The translations under genes were made by a program, and so were the position numbers. The notes under the pieces were generated by a model that searched no databases, was not told the origin of the DNA, and saw only the letters and a list, made by a program, of their open reading frames with translations. A DNA stretch of 62,200 bases, filler included, from Kipferlia bialata (lineage: Eukaryota), in NCBI GenBank assembly GCA_003568945.1. It is 5 parts of 5 records of this genome, joined end to end, with 100 filler letters (N's around TTAATTAATTAA, not from the genome) between each part and the next. Parts side by side here need not be neighbours in the genome. Positions count along the whole stretch, not along the records: positions 53,963 to 60,557 come from BDIP01000518.1; positions 60,658 to 62,200 come from BDIP01000597.1; 3 more parts are not named here. One strand, written 5' to 3'. Below are positions 54,414-62,200 of this stretch, piece after piece. Each line of letters starts with the position of its first letter. Within the stretch, counting starts at the first letter, position 1.

Positions 54414-56274
54414 CTATCCTCCATGCAGTGTCATCGGGGCCTTGTATTGCTCAGTGTATGTTGTTCTGTCCTCAACATACTGGAACACCTCTGGATCCCC
54501 TCCCATTAATGCCGTGATGGCTTGCATTGAGGCCTCTGGGATATTGGCTGAGAATGTGTAGCTAACCCTGAGCTTCGTCAGAAAGTGATACAATAAGTAA
54601 TTGAATAACTCATGGGTCCAGGTTCAGTCCTAGTCTCACTCTTTACGACTATACAAACTTGTTTCAGTAGAGTAACGATATAATGAAATCGGCACATATA
54701 TTATGCTGGATTCAACTAGACACTAGACTCACCTGGGACACTCGTAGCCATCTCAATGCCCTAATAAGCTCTGTAGTCACGTGTTTCCCCTCGTTGTGGA
54801 TGGGCCCGATAGAAAGCTGAGGTAACCACACAGAATGAGCTTACAAACTCTTACGTGCGTTGAAATGAGGAATCCAACGTACCGCCTCTAAGTTGGGACA
54901 ATGGTACAACTTTCCGATCAGGTATGTCAGCTGCGTTTGATACGCAACCGTCACAAAGGCATGTAGCTGAGGAAGAGAGTTGGAGATACATCGTTATATC
55001 GCGAATATCACTCTATTAGCAGAGTGAAAGCTGATGAATCAATAAGTGCTGGTACTGCGTATGTACCTGGCGTAGATTGGGTAGGTGGGGGAGTACACCC
55101 GCTAGGCTTACGAGGCAGAAATCATCTTCCAGACCTGAGACATTCAACTAGGGTAAGTCTAATCGTCAAATGATGAACGTTGATGAAGTGTAACGATATG
55201 TTGCAAACAACATACAGTTGTTAGAGACCCTGTCGGGTATACTCACATTCGTCAGAAGAGGCGCATGAACTAGGCTCCCAATAATAGAGTCGATACTTGT
55301 GTCCAGGTGGGTGTGCGCGAGGTTAAGCTGTTGTTAGTAGATCTGTCGACAAGCGTCAGAAGGCTATTCTCCTACCTTTCTGAGATTGGGTAGTAGTCCC
55401 CCATTGATGGCGTCAGCAATGCAATTCACTATATTTGTGGAGTAACCTCTCAGTGAGCACCCGGATAGGTCAAGCTTGGGTCAGAAGACTGAATATGGGG
55501 CAGATGAAGAGTAGTTAGTTTAGTCGGTCCCCAATTCCCCTGGGTGAATAATGAATATACATTCATGAATCCCAGCGTCAATAGTTCAATAGATATATAC
55601 ATGCCTCGGTCAGATGAGACATGAGCCCGGACGGCAGTAGCTTCAGCGACAATGTGAGGTCCATGGCGTTACTGCCTGTGGAATAGTGTAGCTATTGTCA
55701 GCGGGAACTGTTATCACATAGTGAGGAGAGAGGTATTAACGAGACGCTCTCAGTTCTTTTTAGCAGTGTATGGGTATAGTGAATACCTTGGTGTCTCCGT
55801 GAAAGATACAGTCTTTCGCTTTCTCTGGACATGGATGGGGCCCAATGAACCGGGTGAGTATAGTCCTTACACGATCCTGAAGTGAGTGTATCGATACTAT
55901 GTATATCTCTTAAGAGGTCCACATATCATCCATATACCCATCACATGCCCAGACAATGACATATAGTCGCCTTAGCAACAATAATTGTCAGACTTTGGTT
56001 TAGTCACCTTCTCTCTGCGTTCCTTCTCCACTCTCCGCCTCACCTCCAGCTCTCTCTTCAGCCTTCTCTCCTTCTCTCTTTGCTCTTCGATGACTCTCTC
56101 TCTCTCTGCCTTCTCAAGTCTTGCCCTCTCGCATCTCTGTCTCTCTAGTGTCTGGGCTCTCTCCCTCTCCTCTCTCTCCACTCTTCCACTCCGTTTAGCC
56201 TCCTCTAGTAACACAGTCATGTTGAATGGAGACCTGTGGTCGGAGCGCTTGTCGTGTGTCTTCCTGCTTGACAT
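54414..56274 (-). CDS. Coiled-coil + RNI-like leucine-rich-repeat protein, 9 exons, all introns phase 0
   Basis: Exons 56274-56008, 55876-55787, 55691-55605, 55474-55376, 55327-55247, 55147-55067, 54966-54883, 54816-54733, 54572-54414. Junctions read SHLTE|LDLSGCSL, PNLRK|LNLAHTHL, PLLTN|LNVSG, PNLRQ|LHA, CPNLEA|LSIG. Confidence 0.85.
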
Positions 56275-56960
56275 AGTGACTGATGCACAATGTATGGCTG
56301 AAAGAGCAGTGAGGATGTATGGGTATCCAGGTGGTCAGGAGAGATGCCATCATTATCATGAGAAGAGAAATCTTCAATATTGTGTCCCTAAACAATTTTG
56401 CAGCTAGGTAGGCCCTGTGTATACCATGTAGCGCACAGTAAGTGCATGATGTTGGGAGACGTATACTCTTTATCGATGGTAATCCCAAGCGTAGTCTCAT
56501 CATCATCTTCGATTCCACTCCCTCATGTCCCATCTCGTTGCTTTTCATCGTTGCGTTTTCGTGAATATTGTTCCTCCAATGTCCCACACATGATGACGTG
56601 CCTGCTGACTTAGTTCCTTCCTGATACCCTGATGTTTACCCACTGTCGTAGTAAATTGTACGCGACAGCGTAGAGATATATTCTATAGAGCTTCACACAT
56701 GGTACCCAACTGAATAACATATGATACCTTACTGGTATACATAATTCTAGTCATCGTATGATCTTAACACTGTTAAGTTAACAGTCACATGGACTCACAA
56801 TATTGGGACACATAAATTCATACCCGGTTCAATGATAATACACTGATACTGTATGTAATGATACACTATGAAGACTAATAATACGTCTTAGAGCTACTAT
56901 AGAAACCCACTCTATCAAAGAAGGTCCCTATTCATAATAAGACTGATGTCACCCACGGCA

Positions 56961-59900
56961 CTATAGTTCTCCAGGTTCCTCAGCGACAACATGGAAGTCA
57001 CACTCAATCTCACCCTCAAAGCCTAAGGAAGAGTCGGATGCGTCTGAGGCTTCCTGAGTAGCCAGCAGAGGGACATCGGTCACCGGAGTAGCGATCATAA
57101 GCGGGGAAGTGATAACGGGGCTGGTAGGTATGAGGGTGATCACAGGCTGTTACTCCTGACTGGGCACTGGGGAGATGAAGACACCATCCTCCAGATCACC
57201 CTTAGCACCCTTAGTGCAGTCATCCTGCTGCTCAGACTCCTTGATGGCACTCAAGCAACACCACATGCCTCCACCCACCACAACCAGCAGACACACAGAC
57301 ACAATGAGTACAGGGACCCAGGGGAAGGTTGAAGCAAGGGTGACGGCCTCAGTGAGGATAGTGACACCCCCCACCGCTACAGTCATCGTGTAGTCCCCCT
57401 CATCGCCAGCAGTGCCAGACACACTGTACTCACCATATCCCTCCCACACAGCTACTACTGAAGAACCAGCAAATGCCACTGTAGGAGAGATGTCACTCTG
57501 AATGACAGTGCCTCCGATGTCCCTCAAGGTAAGACTGGCAGAGTACTCCTCCTTTGCTGTGGATGGAAGACCAGTGAGAGTTGAGTGCACTCCTGACACA
57601 CCAACACTCGTAGAGTCGATAGTCACAAACACAGGGGCGACATGTACTGACGCCCTATGCACGGGTACTCTTCCCAGTGTCGTGGAGTATGTGTAGACCC
57701 CCTCCTGGGTGGGGGTCTGGGTGTAGGAGAAGGAATCACCTGAATCGAGATCGTGTGTCCCAACGACGGTTCCATCAGCACGAGTGATAGAGAGGGACAC
57801 TACCTCACCCCCCATCTCCTCGTTACAGTCATTCCTGGGGGGCATGCTAAAGGTGACATTGTCACCAAGAACAGCAGTAGTGGGGAGAGAGACGACTGTG
57901 TTGGTAGTGTTGAGCACGGAGGCGAGGGTGGCTGTGCCCGTGGCTAGGGTCTCTGTGTCAATAAGAAGGGTAAGAGTGTGTGACCCAGGGGTAGNTGGCT
58001 AGGGTCTCTGTGTCAATAAGAAGGGTAAGAGTGTGTGACCCAGGGGTAGAGGGAGCAGCCACGTCAAGAGTGTACGAGGTGGTGGACGGGACCCAGGCCA
58101 CGGCCACATCTGTGTTGTCCTCCCACCTGGCACTGAGAGCAGATACCATGTTGGTGGTGTGGGTGACACCCCCCTTCACAAGGGAGAACGGTACAGTCTC
58201 GGTCTGGCATGTCCTGTCAACAGAGATATCGAGAGAGGTGGTGATACCATATGTGGTAGCCACACTCTCTGAGAGTATCTGGACAGAACTGACCGATACA
58301 GTGACTGTCTCAGCAGATGGGGATATGCCCTCAGTCCCAGTGTAGGTGTAGTGGTTGGATGCAGGTACCCAGGTAAGGGTGACAGGAGACCCACCCCAGG
58401 ACATGGAGGGAGAGACGTCAGATGTGATGACTGAACCAAAGATGTCCATCAACACAAGGATGGCGGTGTAGGCCTCCTCGGTGGAAGATGGGAGGCCTGT
58501 GAGAGTAGAGTGCACAGCTGATACTCCCACTTGGGCGGAATCAACAGCTACAAAGACTGGCGCCACGTCGATGGTATCGGTGTGGAGTGTCTGACCATCC
58601 ACTGACGCAGAGAAGGTGTACACACCCTCCTCCGCGAGAGATGTACTCAGTGTGTATGAGTCTGTATGTGTCAGACTGAGGACAGACCCCACCTGGGCCC
58701 CGTCTGCGTCAGTAACTGTGAGTGCCACAGTCTGTGCCATGGAGTTGAGGCAGTAGTCGACGGGGGGCATGGAGACAGAGAAGGTGGCACCAGTCACAGC
58801 GGTGGGGGGGAGGGTGAGGATGGTGCTGGCAGGGCTGGCCTCTGATGCCAGAGTCACGGAGTCAGAAGATAACACCTCTCCATCGAGGTAGAGGGTGAGG
58901 GTGTGGGGGCCAGCAGTGGAGGGACCGGTCACATCTATCGTGTAGGATGTGGTGGCAGGCACAAAGGTCACAGCAATATCGACAGCATCCTCCCAGGAGG
59001 CAGTCAGGTAGGCAGAGGCATCGGTGGTGAAGAGAGACCCATCCCTCTGACATGTGAATGCCACAGTCTCAGTCTGGCACATGCCACTGATCGAGAGGGA
59101 GAGGGACGTGTCAATGTCGTACCTGAGTGTGAGGAAGTGCTACTACACGATTGACAGATATTTGAGATACAATAGGTGAGACGTACATGGTGGATACAGT
59201 GTCGGACACAATGATAGTCCCAGACACGGATACTGTGACAGAGTAGGACTCAGGGGTGCTCCCAGAGGTGTCGCTATATGTGTAGAGGTGGCTGGTGGGG
59301 TTCCAGACAAGAGAAGGTGCAGTTGCACCCCAAGCCATCGTGGGAGAGAGGTCAGACGTGATGACGTTGTTGCTGACATCACGCAGCACAAGAGTTGCTG
59401 TATAGGCCTCATCCGGCTGGGTGGGGATGCCTCTCAGAGTGGAGTGCACGGCAGAGACAGCGACAGACTCAGACGCCACTATGACAAGGACAGGTGCAAT
59501 CTCCACAGTCATGCTGTCGATGTCAACCCCACCAACTGACCCCGTGAAGGTGTACACTCCCTCAGCTGGGAAGCTGTAGTACATACCATACAGGTCGGCC
59601 TGGTATGTCAGGCTCTCGTCCGGTGCACAGGTCACACCGTCAGAGGCACACACGGAGAGCACCACAGTGGTATCCTCAATCAGGGTGCCACAGTCGTCAT
59701 ATGGAGACATCTCCCACTCCACCTCCTGATCGATGAGGGCCTGAGGCACGAGATACTCGCACACTGTGTTGGTGGAGTTCACCACCCGCCCCACTGTCTG
59801 TGTGTCTGTGGCCAGGGTGGTCGTGTCGAGTGCAAGAGTGAGGGTGAGGTCACCCACAGCGTCAGGGACCACCACAGCTATCGTGTAGCTGGTTGAGGCC

Positions 59901-60410
59901 TCGACCCAGGTCACCGTGTTGGTATCGGTGGTCTGCATTGTCCCAGGTGGCAGAGAGGGACGCACTCTTGTCCTCTGTGCATAGAGCATCGTCTGCCAGG
60001 AGGGTGAAGGTGGCAGTCTCAGTGACACAGGTGGAGACAGAGGTCAGAGGAGAGAGGTCGGTCACAGTGTACACGGGAAGGCGGATGATAAGATGAATGG
60101 TGGCTCCTTCCCCGATGAGGTAGCTACTCACCGTTCTGCTGTCCTCTAGCTGTTTCCCTCCAAAGACCAATCTCTGGTCCGCTGGTTCAATACCTACTAT
60201 GAGAAGAGAAGATTGTGACATGTCATATAATATGAGAGGGTGAAATGAGGGTAGCTGCTACACCCACTCACCACTGGCTGTATAGACCTGGGCCTTGACG
60301 GATGCTATGGTGTCAGACTCATCCACAGTGAGGTTGTACTTGATGCCTGTGAGGGTCTGGACACTGATACCAATCGTAGACACCTTAGGAGACATGGAGT
60401 CTGTTGTGGC
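56961..60410 (-). pseudogene. Ubiquitin-like domain + three ~290-aa Thr/Val-rich beta-sandwich-like repeats + TM + tail. Frameshift and internal TAA as assembled; 5' exon missing.
   Basis: ISVQTLTGIKYNLTVDESDTIASVKAQV..|GIEPADQRLVFGGKQLEDSRTVSSY.I..GATIHLIIRL. Repeats begin C[VQ]TET. Intron 59185-59123. TM WVPVLIVSVCLLVVVGGGMWCC. Frame break at ~59925-59931, TAA at 57150-57152. Confidence 0.7.
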
Positions 60411-60557
60411 CTGAGAGTGAATAATATTCACTCAATATAGTCAATGTGTATGTACTTGGTGCAACAAGAGAGCGGAGAGAGAGAGTTGAAGCTCATAGTG
60501 AAAGGGGGGGGGGGGGGGGGGGGGATATACAGAGTCCCAGGGGGGGGATTGGAGTAC

Positions 60558-60657
60558 NNNNNNNNNNNNNNNNNNNNNNNNNNNNNNNNNNNNNNNNNNN
60601 NTTAATTAATTAANNNNNNNNNNNNNNNNNNNNNNNNNNNNNNNNNNNNNNNNNNNN
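60558..60657. other. Artificial contig spacer
   Basis: N run + TTAATTAATTAA + N run, 100 nt. Confidence 0.97.
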
Positions 60658-60852
60658 AAAAAAAAAAAAAAAAAAGAAGGGGGGGGGGGGGGGGGTTATG
60701 GTCTCTACCAACGCTAGGAGTATAGAGAATGCCCTGTGAGCATCCTGTGCCACATTGAGGAATGACACCAGTACGCATCATATAGTATATAGCACAAATA
60801 GCAAGAATTGTAATTGACATTATATACATACAATATCATGTATTATACACAC

Positions 60853-61522
60853 CTGTCTCTCTTCCTCCTGCTCCAGGTCCTGTGCCACATTGAGGAATGA
60901 GAAGCTGCTGAGAGGGGGGCCTGTCCAGCTGAGCTTGCCCCTGGTCCTGCGCAGAAGACCTAAGGTGAGGAGAGATAGAAAAATACAAAGCAGAGAGGAG
61001 ACAGTACAATGTGTATATATGATATATATGAATACTACACTCACCGATTGCCTCGAGTGGGTTGGTCACATCGTAGATACGCCTCTTGGGTATGGCCAGG
61101 AAGTCCGTCACCTCCTTGACAGTCACACTGTCTGCCCCACTCTTGGCAGCTGCGTTGGAGAAACAGGCCAGCAGCCCCCTGGTCAGCTCCCGCAGCTTGC
61201 TCCCAGCGGCATCTGCCTTGGGGGCACCACTCTTGCGCCCCCCCTTGGGTGTGGACATGGGGGTAGCCTTGGCAGAGTACCGGGGTGTGCTCTGGCTGCT
61301 CCTGGTGGCTGACACAGGGGCAGTGGGGGGTCGGGAGGATATAGAGGCCAGGGCAACTGGCTCAGTCTTCACAACCACCCCATGCTGGCCCACAGCCGCA
61401 ACAACTGCACCCTCATCTAACACTGGCGGCCTCTTGGCCTCAGGTTGCAGGGGAGGCGTGTCCACAGGGTCTACAAGGCGAGAATCCACGGCTTCTTGGT
61501 TCGAAGAGTGTGGTCTGGACAT
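60853..61522 (-). CDS. E2F/DP-family winged-helix transcription factor, 3' end cut by contig edge
   Basis: SKLRELTRGLL..VTVKEVTDFLAIPKRRIYDVTNPLEAI|GLLRRTRGKLSWTG, the E2F RRIYD signature. Confidence 0.88.
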
Positions 61523-61815
61523 ATCAAGGTCGAATCCGGCTACAAAGCCCGTTCCAGAGTACTATATGGTCTGTCGAAGCACTCTGTGCTCTACCCAACA
61601 CCAGTGAGGTTGCGTAGGTACCGAACTGTGTCGAGGAAGATCAACTCTGGAGTTCCAAAGTTTCCAGCTACAAAGGGTGTAGTAGTTTTTGGTAACGATT
61701 GCACCCTTTTGTCAAACGTGTTTTTGCATGAACTCCCGAGAGGCTGTGTCCTGACTGCTTCACTCATTCGACCCCCAAACACCCCTTACTCCACTCTTCC
61801 TGCACTCCATACGTG

Positions 61816-61877
61816 ATGGAGGCGCTCAAGGACAGTCACATGCAGGCCACGGAGTTTGTGGCCAAGTCTGGAGACAC
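61816..61877 (+). CDS. Possible first exon of a gene divergent from E2F
   Basis: ATG..MEALKDSHMQATEFVAKSGD then donor gtacgt. The intron runs into terminal poly-C. Confidence 0.35.
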
Positions 61878-62169
61878 GTACGTTTCAGCACTGTCTCTAG
61901 TATGTACACTGCCCTATCACACTCTGTCGTGATTATATCCCCTTGACACATCCCAGAGGTAGTGTAGTATTTAGGTGGTGTATGTGGTGTATATGTGGCT
62001 CAGTGTCGAATCAGCTTACTGGCAGAGACTGTGTGTCGCTGTATACTCTGTCACAGTGTTTATCCAATTTGTGATTTACTTCCCACGCTCCCCATATGTA
62101 ACACATAGGATATACATAATGAGAGTGCCTCTGTATTTCCGATATCCCCCCCCCCCCCCCCCCCCCCAC

Positions 62170-62200
<31 letters not shown>

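Noticed and set aside
55972..56274. 100-aa ORF ending in CC as a small prenylated protein
   Set aside because: The CC end is better explained as read-through into intron 1 (AAG|gtgact at 56007) of the LRR gene.
57150..57152. TAA/TAG-to-Gln genetic code as in hexamitid diplomonads
   Set aside because: Conserved genes here end at TAA/TAG (pescadillo, WD40, SNF2) and have no internal TAR codons in the exons translated.
57941..58049. 54-nt direct repeat and frameshift in the surface protein
   Set aside because: Exact copies separated by a single N, typical of an unmerged scaffold overlap. Removing one copy and the N restores the frame.
62146..62200. Poly-C/G tracts as functional G-quadruplex elements
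   Set aside because: They coincide with contig ends and suspected joins, their lengths are unreliable, and they fit C-rich intronic tracts.

Overview
Eukaryotic, very intron-rich protist DNA. Short GT-AG introns end in a branch point fused to the acceptor (CTCAC/CTAAC/CTGAC + a few nt + AG) and are full of TA/TC microsatellite, which suggests a free-living fornicate metamonad such as Kipferlia (inference). The window is five unlinked contigs joined by artificial 100-nt N-TTAATTAATTAA-N spacers. Manual splicing gives these genes: an ERCC6L/PICH-like SNF2 ATPase; pescadillo head-to-head with a NOL11/Utp8-like gene; a WD40 fragment apparently misjoined to DZIP1-like exons; a type II membrane collagen-like protein; a GH65 PGGHG/ATHL1-like glucosidase; a degenerate NDH-2/SelD-N-terminal-like flavoprotein; a Nup1/Nup153-like nucleoporin with FG repeats on more than 30 mini-exons; a NASP-like chaperone; a coiled-coil/LRR gene with one LRR per exon that the ORF track largely misses; a disrupted ubiquitin-like-domain surface protein; and an E2F-family factor. 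The most striking general pattern is splice-junction 'echoes': near-identical copies of exon ends plus their splice site, stacked inside the flanking introns with a consistent polarity. All family calls come from motif recognition, not database searches.
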